In this document: piece by piece, positions 51,222-60,311 of the stretch
Position numbering within the stretch: position 1 is the stretch's first letter
Layout of the letters: each line of letters begins with the position of its first letter
NCBI GenBank assembly: GCA_963700985.1
Contig: OY969554.1
Coordinates: 1,312,001 to 1,376,000 of the forward strand
Direction: 5' to 3'
Source: an uncultured Chlamydiales bacterium
GTDB taxonomy: Bacteria; Chlamydiota; Chlamydiia; Chlamydiales; Rhabdochlamydiaceae
Length of the DNA: 64,000 nt
Notes under the pieces: generated by a model
The model's input: the letters and a program-made list of their open reading frames with translations, nothing else
Told to the model about the DNA's origin: nothing
Database searches by the model: none
Program-made: the position numbers and the translations under genes

Positions 51222-52175
51222 ATGAGTGCTGTTTCGAAAGCGATTTTAAGTAGATATACTTCGTTTTTTCCTTCTAAGTCAGAATGGGAAAGAGAAGCTG
51301 CAATCTATAGAGCAATTGAAGTGATCTGCAAGAAAATTGACCTCGTGGCAACTAGCCTATTTAAAGCCCGAGAGCTTCTCGAAAATCCGGCTAATTTGGT
51401 GATCTTTAAAAGCGTGACGCACTTGGATTTATCCAACTGTGGCCTCGAGCTTCTTCCTGATGAGCTGTTCAATTTAAGAGGCCTAAAAACCTTGAATCTC
51501 GCTCAGAACAAACTTGGAGATCTTTCTCCAGGAATTCGCGACCTCGCTGATTTAGAAGTGCTCCAATTAGAACGCAATCCTCTAGAATCATCCCAAATTC
51601 ACGAAATTGCGTGCATTTTGCTTGAACTTCCCAGCTTGAAACAGTTCTCTTCTGATTGCCAATCACTCATCGATATGTATCATGAGGAACGTATTCAAAG
51701 CCGAGCTATTTGTAGAGCTTGGGAGCAAATTCGACCAGAACTTGTTTCTTGCCGTGATCTTGTATACATAATCCGCAAAGTTCCTCAATTAGAATACCTC
51801 TTTAAGCTCGCCACTCCCCATTCTCGCGAGATAAGCAGAACACTTAATCTCTGTAAGCTGTACTTTCACCTTTCTTTTGATAGGATACGTAAACTTTCAC
51901 TTGAAAGATTGAATCTACAATTTTTCCCGCCTGCCCTTTGCTGCCTAAGAGAACTTCGAGAGCTAGATCTTTCACACAATCTTTTTGATAAAGTTCCTCG
52001 AGAAATAGAGGCTTTTGGAAAATTGGAGACTTTAAGCTTAGTGGATAACCCCCTTCCTACAAGACAACTTGGAAGTATCGAGAAAAAACTGAAAGCAGCC
52101 ATGCCAAGTTTAAAAGAGGTCTCTTTACCCACTGTAAGAGATCAAACTAGATCTTCGGCCTGCATCATCATGTAA
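51222..52175 (+). CDS. Leucine-rich-repeat protein with C-terminal CaaX (CIIM)
   Basis: LxxLxLxxNxL repeats in two blocks; ends SACIIM*. Confidence 0.85.
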   Translation: MSAVSKAILSRYTSFFPSKSEWEREAAIYRAIEVICKKIDLVATSLFKARELLENPANLVIFKSVTHLDLSNCGLELLPDELFNLRGLKTLNLAQNKLGDLSPGIRDLADLEVLQLERNPLESSQIHEIACILLELPSLKQFSSDCQSLIDMYHEERIQSRAICRAWEQIRPELVSCRDLVYIIRKVPQLEYLFKLATPHSREISRTLNLCKLYFHLSFDRIRKLSLERLNLQFFPPALCCLRELRELDLSHNLFDKVPREIEAFGKLETLSLVDNPLPTRQLGSIEKKLKAAMPSLKEVSLPTVRDQTRSSACIIM

Positions 52176-52215
52176 GTGGAAATCCGGTTTAAATTTAACA
52201 ACTAATAGGCAACAA

Positions 52216-53190
52216 ATGGCAGCAATCTCTGATGCAGTGTACTGGATAGACGCAGGTTACATCGTTGCTATGACCGAAGATGAGAAAGAGGATGCGCGCC
52301 ATCGGGCTATCCTCAAGATCTGGGAAAATATCCAGTCGCAGTTCGAATTTCCAATAGTTGTAAAAGATACAAAGCTGGCATTAGCCCTTCTAAAAGAAGA
52401 AAGAAATTTCCCGACTTTTACGTCCGTTACGCAACTGAATTTATTTGGCGCGGGGCTCCCGTTTCTTCCTAATGAGACATTCAACTTATGCTCTCTTAAA
52501 AGCCTAAATCTCGCTGGTAATGCGCTCCTCGATCTGCCACCTCGTATCACTAGGCTTCAACAACTGGAAGTGCTTAAGTTGGAGGGTAACCCCTTAAAGG
52601 CTCCTCAATATCAAAAAATTGCACGCATTTTATGTGAATTTCCTAACTTGCACACCTTCACGCATCATAGCCAATTACTCATGGACACATACGATGCAGA
52701 AAAGGCTCAAAGCTTAGCTATTTGTAGAGCTTGGGAACAAATTCGCCTCGAACCCGATCAATCTGATGATCTCGATTGTAAATCATTCGATCTTCAATTA
52801 GATAAGCTCTTCAATGGAGCCACACCCACTCCTAGCCAGATACGCGAAGCACTAGAGATGTGTCGGAAACAGTTTCCCAGCGCACTTACTAGCATACGCG
52901 AGCTTTCCCTTAGGGCATTGAGATTACAAACATTTCCTCCTGAGCTACGTTGCTTAAAGATGCTTCAAGAGTTAGATCTTTCGCGGAATCTATTTTCGGA
53001 AGTTCCAAAAGAAGTATACGAATTTAAAGAGCTAAAAACTTTGAAATTAGCGCAGAATCCCATTCCTGCAAGCCGGCATAAAGGCATCGTGAAAGAACTT
53101 AAATCTGCTCTACTAAAGATTGAAGAGGTACATCTGCCAGTAGTGCCAAAAAGAGATCAAACTAAATCCACTGTTTGCGTCATTATGTAA
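52216..53190 (+). CDS. Leucine-rich-repeat protein with C-terminal CaaX (CVIM)
   Basis: Paralog of the previous gene; ends TVCVIM*. Confidence 0.85.
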   Translation: MAAISDAVYWIDAGYIVAMTEDEKEDARHRAILKIWENIQSQFEFPIVVKDTKLALALLKEERNFPTFTSVTQLNLFGAGLPFLPNETFNLCSLKSLNLAGNALLDLPPRITRLQQLEVLKLEGNPLKAPQYQKIARILCEFPNLHTFTHHSQLLMDTYDAEKAQSLAICRAWEQIRLEPDQSDDLDCKSFDLQLDKLFNGATPTPSQIREALEMCRKQFPSALTSIRELSLRALRLQTFPPELRCLKMLQELDLSRNLFSEVPKEVYEFKELKTLKLAQNPIPASRHKGIVKELKSALLKIEEVHLPVVPKRDQTKSTVCVIM

Positions 53191-53217
53191 TCCGATTTCT
53201 TAAAGAATGGAGGCAAA

Positions 53218-54273
53218 ATGGCAGCAATTTCAGGCAAAGAGAGACGGATAACTACATTTGAGGTGGAACCATCTGCACTTTTGCGTTCGCAAAGAGAATT
53301 TGAACTGAAAGAAAGGTTGCGTTTTCAAGCTATTGCCGCAATCTGGAAAAAGCTCGAGTTTGAATACCCAATCGTGGTAAAAAAAGGCGCGAGACAGATG
53401 CTAAGCCTCATTGGAAACCCAGAAAACTTTCCAACTTTTAAGCACATCACAGCATTGAATCTATCCAACTTAACGCTACCTCTCATCCCAGATGAGCTAT
53501 TCGTTGGGCTAAAAAATCTTAAAACCTTAAATCTCGCAGGAAATGCGCTTCACGATCTTCCCGAAACCATCACCTATCTCACTGAATTGGAAACGCTCCA
53601 ACTTGAGAATAGTCCCCTTACTCAGCTTCAAAACGTCATTCGTCTTCTATGTGCACTGCCTAAATTGCAAAAACTTACACATCACAGCGAAATATTCGCC
53701 GCCGCTTTCAAAGCTGAACAAAATCTCCGTGCAGCCAAAAAAATTGAAGGTCTAGCTATTTGTAATGCGTGGGAACAGATTAGACGCACCCTTTTAGGCT
53801 ACCCTCCACTTAAGAAAACCATTGCCAGTAACCCCGCATTAAAAGCCATGTTAGAGGGTCCGTTTGAAGCTGATCCCGTTAATGCTTATGATTCATTAAA
53901 AAAATGCCAGCAATATCCTTCTAATCCGCTTGATTGCGTGCGTGAGCTCTCTCTCAAAGGACAGGAATTACTGACCTTCCCCCCAGAACTTTGCTGCCTT
54001 CGCGAACTTCGCGCGTTAGATCTTTCACGTAATAAATTTCCTAGAATTCCTACTGGAATACTCCTCTTCAGGAATTTAGAGACTCTGATTTTAGACTATA
54101 ACCCCCTGACTTCGAGCGAATATGAAAGCGCCCGTAAAATGCTGATCGAAGCTCTACCTAGTTTAAAAAATGTGCGCTTTCTCGGGATTTTAGCGAGGAT
54201 TTCAGAGAAGGATGAACACAAAGAAGATCAAACTCCTGACGCTGCAGTCGAAGCTAAAGAACATAAAACTTAA
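53218..54273 (+). CDS. Leucine-rich-repeat protein lacking CaaX
   Basis: Same two-block architecture; charged tail ending EAKEHKT*; GGAGG SD. Confidence 0.85.
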   Translation: MAAISGKERRITTFEVEPSALLRSQREFELKERLRFQAIAAIWKKLEFEYPIVVKKGARQMLSLIGNPENFPTFKHITALNLSNLTLPLIPDELFVGLKNLKTLNLAGNALHDLPETITYLTELETLQLENSPLTQLQNVIRLLCALPKLQKLTHHSEIFAAAFKAEQNLRAAKKIEGLAICNAWEQIRRTLLGYPPLKKTIASNPALKAMLEGPFEADPVNAYDSLKKCQQYPSNPLDCVRELSLKGQELLTFPPELCCLRELRALDLSRNKFPRIPTGILLFRNLETLILDYNPLTSSEYESARKMLIEALPSLKNVRFLGILARISEKDEHKEDQTPDAAVEAKEHKT

Positions 54274-54308
54274 TAGAACCTGTAAATTAAAAAATAACGG
54301 AGAAAATT

Positions 54309-55466
54309 ATGGCTCACGTATCAGACGCTGCTGTTAGAGGGCATTCACTCCTCAATCGAAGGGCCTCAACAGCCTATGCTGAATTTGCGGCTCCCGCCCC
54401 AAGAAGTGGCTCACACAAAGACGACCATAAAGTGGATGGACCCTCGGAAGCTGATCGAGAAAGATCTATTAAATTTATCTGGGAAAAATTCGAATCTCAC
54501 ATCAACCCTCCAATCCCCGTAAAAGATGGTAGCGAAATGCTCGCAGCGCTCAGAAACCCTGAAAATTTGGCAGCGTTTGCAAAAGTAACTGAGTTAGACC
54601 TTTCAAGTTTTGCTGCTTTCAATTTGAATTTCCGATGTCTCCCGATAGAACTATTTGAGCTCCCTCTCGCTTCTTTAAAGTTAATCGGCCCTGAGGCACT
54701 GGTCATTCCTGATGAACTCTGTAAGCTCGACAAGCTTAAAGTGCTTATTGCTCGCGGCCTTAGTCTTCAAGCTCTCCCCAAAGGAATCGCCCTGCTTCCT
54801 AGACTAGAACATCTAGATCTAAGATTTAATTTGCTCACCAAAAAAGCTTGCAAAGCCGTGGCACGAGCGTTAACTGACATCCCAAGCTTAAAATCCGTCT
54901 TATTCGATACTGAGCGTGGGGAAAAAGATGTTGCTTTTGCTAATGAAAGAGCAAAATCTAATGCTTTGGTGAGAGTGTGGAAGGAACTAGGCGATTTTAT
55001 CGGTGGAAATGAGGCTTGGCAAAAGGCGGTCGAGAGCAATTCTTTGCTAAGAGAAATCTATAGCAATCCTCAGCCGCGCCCTTCACAACTTCGTTCATTT
55101 TTTAATACATGCTTTAAAGAAAGGATCTATTGTTTTGATTCCATTCTCAAGCTAGACCTTAACGGTCTGGACTTAACGACGATCCCGGCTGAATTACGCT
55201 GTCTTCGTAAGGTGCAAGTAATTACTCTTTCTAACAATCGAGTTTCTGATGAAACCATCCCTCTAGATCCCCAAGAAATCCTAGCCCAATTTCAAGAATT
55301 AGTTGTACTCGATCTACGGGGTAATGATATCCCAGCAGAAGAAAATGCTGAAATCCGTAAAAAATTGCTTACGATATGTAAAAAACTTAAAACCATCCAT
55401 TTCCCAAAGGATGACCCGGTACCACAGAGAAATCAATCTCGCTCTATTGCCTGCATAGTCATGTGA
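54309..55466 (+). CDS. Leucine-rich-repeat protein with C-terminal CaaX (CIVM)
   Basis: More divergent paralog; ends IACIVM*; GGAG SD. Confidence 0.85.
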   Translation: MAHVSDAAVRGHSLLNRRASTAYAEFAAPAPRSGSHKDDHKVDGPSEADRERSIKFIWEKFESHINPPIPVKDGSEMLAALRNPENLAAFAKVTELDLSSFAAFNLNFRCLPIELFELPLASLKLIGPEALVIPDELCKLDKLKVLIARGLSLQALPKGIALLPRLEHLDLRFNLLTKKACKAVARALTDIPSLKSVLFDTERGEKDVAFANERAKSNALVRVWKELGDFIGGNEAWQKAVESNSLLREIYSNPQPRPSQLRSFFNTCFKERIYCFDSILKLDLNGLDLTTIPAELRCLRKVQVITLSNNRVSDETIPLDPQEILAQFQELVVLDLRGNDIPAEENAEIRKKLLTICKKLKTIHFPKDDPVPQRNQSRSIACIVM

Positions 55467-55529
55467 GTTTGGATTATATAGCCCTCTATGTTAGGTTTAT
55501 TATTGTCGTCTAAAAATAGGAGACGTTTT

Positions 55530-55682
55530 ATGAAAGGAAAATTTCTTTTAGCTCTACTAGCAGGACTTTTTGCAACAAGCTTCATTACCCCTAGCAATGA
55601 CTGTGGAAGTTGCGGCGGCAAAGGAAATCATTCAGAATCTCTTCTGGATGGAAGCTGCGATAGATGCAAAAAAGGTCGCTAG
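55530..55682 (+). CDS. Small exported Cys-rich peptide (two CxxC)
   Basis: AGGAG SD, signal-like MKGKFLLALLAGLFATS, CGSC and CDRC. Confidence 0.55.
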   Translation: MKGKFLLALLAGLFATSFITPSNDCGSCGGKGNHSESLLDGSCDRCKKGR

Positions 55683-55695
55683 AAAATAGAGGCTT

Positions 55696-56364
55696 TTAAG
55701 GCGGGGTGCCTTGTGCCCCCGCTTCATACCATTGACGCAATGCTGTTAAAGAACTTGCAATCTGCTGAGAAAAGGCCTCTTGAGCCTCTTTCTTTGCCAG
55801 ATGTGCGAATGCATCGTAACGAATTGGCGAACCAAAAACGCTAGCCGTTCTACCTGAGAATCTGGGAAATTTCTGGAAGCGACTCCAAATCTTAAAAGTT
55901 CCGTGAATATATAGCGGTTGAATGAACGCTCCGGTGCGCGAGATGAGTAACGACATGCCCGGCTTGATCTCTTCTAATTGATCGCTGCTTTCACGCGTAC
56001 CTTCTGGAAACAAGAGGACTTTCTTGCCTTCTTTCAACAATTGGCAGATGAGTTTAAAAACTGCCACATCGCCCGTGTCTCCACGTACGGGATGGGCGTT
56101 GAGCGCGCGAATTAGGTTACCGAAAAGGGGAAATCTAAAAAGCGAGTCGCGCGCGAGAAAATGCACCTCTTCGGGAGAGGAGATAGCTCCGATGGGAGGA
56201 TCGTAAAACGAGGCATGATTGGCCGCAATGATCGCTCCACCGGGCGCGAAATTCTCAATTCCATAGACTTGATGTCGATAGAAAAGCTTAAAATACCCCT
56301 TGGCCATTGCCAAAATGGTGCGATAAAGCAGGTTCCCTTTGCTGAATTCACTCTCTTCTTGCAT
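55696..56364 (-). CDS. plsC: 1-acyl-sn-glycerol-3-phosphate acyltransferase
   Basis: NHASFYDP, FPEGTR. Confidence 0.93.
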   Translation of the reverse strand: MQEESEFSKGNLLYRTILAMAKGYFKLFYRHQVYGIENFAPGGAIIAANHASFYDPPIGAISSPEEVHFLARDSLFRFPLFGNLIRALNAHPVRGDTGDVAVFKLICQLLKEGKKVLLFPEGTRESSDQLEEIKPGMSLLISRTGAFIQPLYIHGTFKIWSRFQKFPRFSGRTASVFGSPIRYDAFAHLAKKEAQEAFSQQIASSLTALRQWYEAGAQGTPP

Positions 56365-57034
56365 GGCCTTTCTTCTCCGCATATTCCAGAATCAAAGTTA
56401 CTACTTGATCGATTGAAAGATTAGAAGTATCAACTCGAAAAGCGTCTTTAGGACAGATCAATGGCGCATGTTCACGGGTTGAATCGATCTCATCACGCTT
56501 TATGATCTCTTCTAACATCTTCTGATGATCAAGCGTTTGTGCGAGCTCAGGATTCTTAGCGATTAATTCTTCAAGCCGCCTTTTGGCACGCACTTCAGGC
56601 GCTGCGGTTAAAAAAATCTTAAGTTCAGCATTCGGAAAAATGACGCTTCCCATATCTCTGCCTTCAAAGACGGAGTTTCCATGAGCCGCGAAGGTGCGTT
56701 GGATTTTGCCAAGAGCGTTACGTATTGGTAGCAAAGCCGCGACTTCAGAAACACGCGCGGTGATTTCGCGCGAGCGAATGACCTCTGTTACTTCATCTTT
56801 GCCCACAAAATAGCGTTTATTTTTGTTCTCTTCTGTGATGCGAAATGAAAAATTCTCTAGGAGCTTTTCAATTGCAGGAAGATCTTTTAGATCGGTTCCA
56901 CTTTGCAGAATCAGCCAGGTAACTGCACGATACATAGCGCCGGTATCGAAGTAAGCAAAATGTAAGCGCCCAGCCACAGTTTTTGCCACCGTGGTTTTAC
57001 CCGTCCCTGCTGGTCCATCGATGGTGATGATCAT
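56348..57034 (-). CDS. cmk: Cytidylate kinase
   Basis: IDGPAGTGKTT, DTGAMYRA, EGRDMGS. Confidence 0.97.
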   Translation of the reverse strand: MIITIDGPAGTGKTTVAKTVAGRLHFAYFDTGAMYRAVTWLILQSGTDLKDLPAIEKLLENFSFRITEENKNKRYFVGKDEVTEVIRSREITARVSEVAALLPIRNALGKIQRTFAAHGNSVFEGRDMGSVIFPNAELKIFLTAAPEVRAKRRLEELIAKNPELAQTLDHQKMLEEIIKRDEIDSTREHAPLICPKDAFRVDTSNLSIDQVVTLILEYAEKKGHARRE

Positions 57035-57048
57035 GATTATCTCAAAGT

Positions 57049-57921
57049 TTAATGCATCCGAAGGAACAGATAGACAATGGGAGCGGTAAATAATAGCGAA
57101 TCTAACAAGTCAAGGACCCCTCCAATGCCTGGTAGATTGTTGCTGTCTTTTACTAGAGCATCACGTTTAAGCAAAGATTCAGCCAAATCACCTACTTGCC
57201 CGACAATGCCTATCAGCATTCCCATCCAGATCGAATCTGCAAGCGAAAGGTCGAACATTCCATTAGAGAAATTCTTGCCCAAAAGGTAGAGCAGAATACT
57301 AGCGCCAACGGCGGCAAAAAATCCTGCTACGGCGCCCTCAACGGTTTTTTTAGGGCTCAAAACAGGGGCGAGTTTATGATTGCCCCAGAGCCTTCCAACA
57401 AAATAAGCCCCAATATCTGAGATCTTGGTCACAATGACCAGATATCCTAGCCACCATCTGCCATCTTGAGGAATCAGATGTGAAGAGATTGGATAGAGAA
57501 TACCTAACATGAAGCAGAGCGGAAGCGCTACGTAACAAACCCCAAAAAACTCTACCGCAATGTGCTCAAGTGCATTATGCGACTCTTTAAAATGGAAAAT
57601 AAAAAAAGTCACGACTCCAATGATCAAAATAGCCAGAGGAAGAAGTGAGGAATATTGTAATTTTTGCGCGAAAAAAAAGGCCAAGACTTCGCAAAAGGCT
57701 AGCCCCATCATCAGATTAGACGCGGGCTTTAATCCTTTCGCATGTGCCAGCTTTATATACTCCCAAACGCCCATTACCGCTGCGCCCGCTACGCTCAGCA
57801 CTAGGAGAACTCCAACCCATTTTACTTGAGAAAAGGTGATCAGAAAGCCGACAAAGGCCACAACAAATACTGAAACCAAGAGCCGCTTGTTGAGGTCGGC
57901 CAATCTTTTCATCTTAAACAT
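57049..57921 (-). CDS. cdsA: Phosphatidate cytidylyltransferase
   Basis: SDIGAYFVG, SPKKTVEG, GDLAESLLKR, GGVLD. Confidence 0.96.
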   Translation of the reverse strand: MFKMKRLADLNKRLLVSVFVVAFVGFLITFSQVKWVGVLLVLSVAGAAVMGVWEYIKLAHAKGLKPASNLMMGLAFCEVLAFFFAQKLQYSSLLPLAILIIGVVTFFIFHFKESHNALEHIAVEFFGVCYVALPLCFMLGILYPISSHLIPQDGRWWLGYLVIVTKISDIGAYFVGRLWGNHKLAPVLSPKKTVEGAVAGFFAAVGASILLYLLGKNFSNGMFDLSLADSIWMGMLIGIVGQVGDLAESLLKRDALVKDSNNLPGIGGVLDLLDSLLFTAPIVYLFLRMH

Positions 57922-57923
57922 CT

Positions 57924-58697
57924 TTATCCTCCTAACCTACGATCGCGCTTTTGATAATCTACTATTGCTTCAATCAGATCTTTTTCTGAAAAATCAGGCC
58001 ATAGGGTCTTTGTAATATATATTTCAGTGTAGGAGATCTGCCAAAGTAAAAAATTACTTAATCTGGCCTCGCCGCTTGTGCGGATCATGAGGTCGGGGTC
58101 TTTCCATTGTGCTGTATCCAAGTAAGCTGCAAAGCTCTTTTCGGTAAAAGTCTCTTTTGAGAGTTTGCCTTGCGCGATGTCATCTGCGGCGGCCAGTACG
58201 GCGCGCCTAATCTCATCACGGCTGCCATAATTTAAAGCGAGCACGAGCTCGATTTTTTCACAATGGGCTGTAGCCTGTTTGGTTGCAGCTAAAACTGCTT
58301 TAACTTCTTCGGGAAAGGGAGAGAGGTCTCCGATTGTATTTAGCCGCACTCCTTCTTGAATCATATGCTCTTTTTCTCTACGCAAAAAAGTGCATAGAAG
58401 ATTCATGAGTACGCTGATCTCTTCTGATGAGCGATTCCAGTTCTCGGTAGAAAATGAATAGAGAGTCAGAACTTTGATGCCTATGGAAGAAGCCACATCG
58501 ATGATTTTTAAAAGGGTCTCCGCACCTTTCCAATGACCAGCAGCGGCTGGAAGGAAACGACTCTTAGCCCAACGACGATTTCCATCCATGACAATCGCCA
58601 CATGGTGAGGAATGCGCTTTGGGTCGAGTAACGGGGGAGACTTCAGGCATAAATTCGCCTTTACAGACTTAGTCGAATGAGCGGCCGTCATAGTCAT
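57924..58697 (-). CDS. uppS: Undecaprenyl diphosphate synthase
   Basis: HVAIVMDGNRRWA, FSTENW.R, IRTSGEARLSNFLLWQ. Confidence 0.97.
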   Translation of the reverse strand: MTMTAAHSTKSVKANLCLKSPPLLDPKRIPHHVAIVMDGNRRWAKSRFLPAAAGHWKGAETLLKIIDVASSIGIKVLTLYSFSTENWNRSSEEISVLMNLLCTFLRREKEHMIQEGVRLNTIGDLSPFPEEVKAVLAATKQATAHCEKIELVLALNYGSRDEIRRAVLAAADDIAQGKLSKETFTEKSFAAYLDTAQWKDPDLMIRTSGEARLSNFLLWQISYTEIYITKTLWPDFSEKDLIEAIVDYQKRDRRLGG

Positions 58698-60007
58698 ATG
58701 TTAGAAGTAAAGGCATCGGCTAGATCGCCTAGTATAAGGGTTTGATGACGTTCTGGACCGGTGGAAATAAAGCTGATTGGAGCCTCGCATAACTCTTCGA
58801 TACGCGCTAGATAGCTTCTTGCCAATTTAGGAAGATCTTCCAGCGTTTTGGCCTCATGCGTCGGCATGAGCCAACCTTTATGCGTTTCGTAAATCGGCTC
58901 AACTCTTCCTAGCACCTCAGAGGAGGCCGGAAAGTAAGACAGTTCGTTGCCATCCAGCTTGTATCCGGTGCAAATTTTTATCTCTGAAAGTTTATCTAAT
59001 ACGTCGAGTTTTGTGACGGCCATTGAGTCAACTCCATTGAGCTGCACAGAACGCCTCACAAGTGGCGCATCAAACCAAGCTAATCTGCGTTTTCGTCCAG
59101 TTGTGGTTCCTACTTCTCGAGCTTGCTGATGATCTAAAAATTTACTCTCTTCTTCGGGAGTTAAAGCTGTTGGAAGTGGGCCATTTCCCACGCGAGTAGT
59201 ATAAGCTTTTACCACCCCGAGCGTATGATCGATACTCGTAGGTCCAATACCGGCACCTGCGCAAATACCAGCAGATAGAGTGCTTGATGAAGTTACAAAA
59301 GGATATGTGCCAAAAGTAATATCTAAAAAGGTGCCGTGTGCGCCTTCAAAAAGCATCGTCTCATCATTTTGCAGCGCTTTTGCGAGCTCCTGTTCGACAT
59401 CGGTCACAAAAGGCAAGAGTTTGGCACCAAAAGCCGCATATTGTTCATAAAGACGGTCAAAATCTAAAGCAGGTTCTTGATAGAGCTGCTGTAGTTCTGC
59501 ATTCTTCAACTGTAAAACGGGTTTGAGAACACTTCTTAAAATTGCAGGGTCAACTAAGTCGCAAACGCGAATGCCGATGCGTGCTGTTTTATCTGTGTAG
59601 CAAGGTCCGATGCCTCTACCAGTTGTGCCAATTGCATTGGCGCCTTTTTTCTTCTCTTGAAGGCGATCTATTTCACGATGATAGGAAAATACAACATGTG
59701 CATAAGGTGATAAAAATAGGCGCCCTTTAACCTTCACGCCTTTTGATTCTAAGCCAGCAACTTCTTGAAGAAAGCTCTCTGGATCTAAGACTACGCCGCC
59801 ACCAATAAAACAAAGAGTATGCGGATAGAGAATTCCAGAAGGAATCAGGTGAAAACGGTACTCTTCTCCACGCACGGAAATTGTATGACCAGCGTTATTT
59901 CCTCCTTGAGAGCGCACTACGTATTTAGCTTGCTCGGAAAGAATATCGATCATCTTTCCTTTCCCTTCATCACCCCATTGAGTACCCACGACGATTACTG
60001 CTGGCAT
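58694..60007 (-). CDS. purA: Adenylosuccinate synthetase
   Basis: GTQWGDEGKGK, GGNNAGHT, GTYPFVTSS, GTTTGR.RR, TKLDVL. Confidence 0.97.
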   Translation of the reverse strand: MPAVIVVGTQWGDEGKGKMIDILSEQAKYVVRSQGGNNAGHTISVRGEEYRFHLIPSGILYPHTLCFIGGGVVLDPESFLQEVAGLESKGVKVKGRLFLSPYAHVVFSYHREIDRLQEKKKGANAIGTTGRGIGPCYTDKTARIGIRVCDLVDPAILRSVLKPVLQLKNAELQQLYQEPALDFDRLYEQYAAFGAKLLPFVTDVEQELAKALQNDETMLFEGAHGTFLDITFGTYPFVTSSSTLSAGICAGAGIGPTSIDHTLGVVKAYTTRVGNGPLPTALTPEEESKFLDHQQAREVGTTTGRKRRLAWFDAPLVRRSVQLNGVDSMAVTKLDVLDKLSEIKICTGYKLDGNELSYFPASSEVLGRVEPIYETHKGWLMPTHEAKTLEDLPKLARSYLARIEELCEAPISFISTGPERHQTLILGDLADAFTSNI

Positions 60008-60311
60008 TTTTTATGACCTAGAATATTAAAAGTAAAAAAACACAAGATATCAGCTTAGCCTAAAAAGCTCTCTTAAAACTAGATCTTTCAGAATTAGGAG
60101 GAAATTTTTGAAGAGGAAAAAGGAAGAGAGTCTATTTCTTTTTTGATGGACGCAGTGGACGTTGTGGATCAAAGATTGGACGAAGTGGACAGATACATGT
60201 ACAAACCTTCTTTGGTGCATTGCCCAACCCCTCTTCAAAGATTTTTTTTAAACTAGACAGAATCCGCACTCCATAAGTATTGTTCTAAGGTTTCTAACTA
60301 TTTAATTAGGG

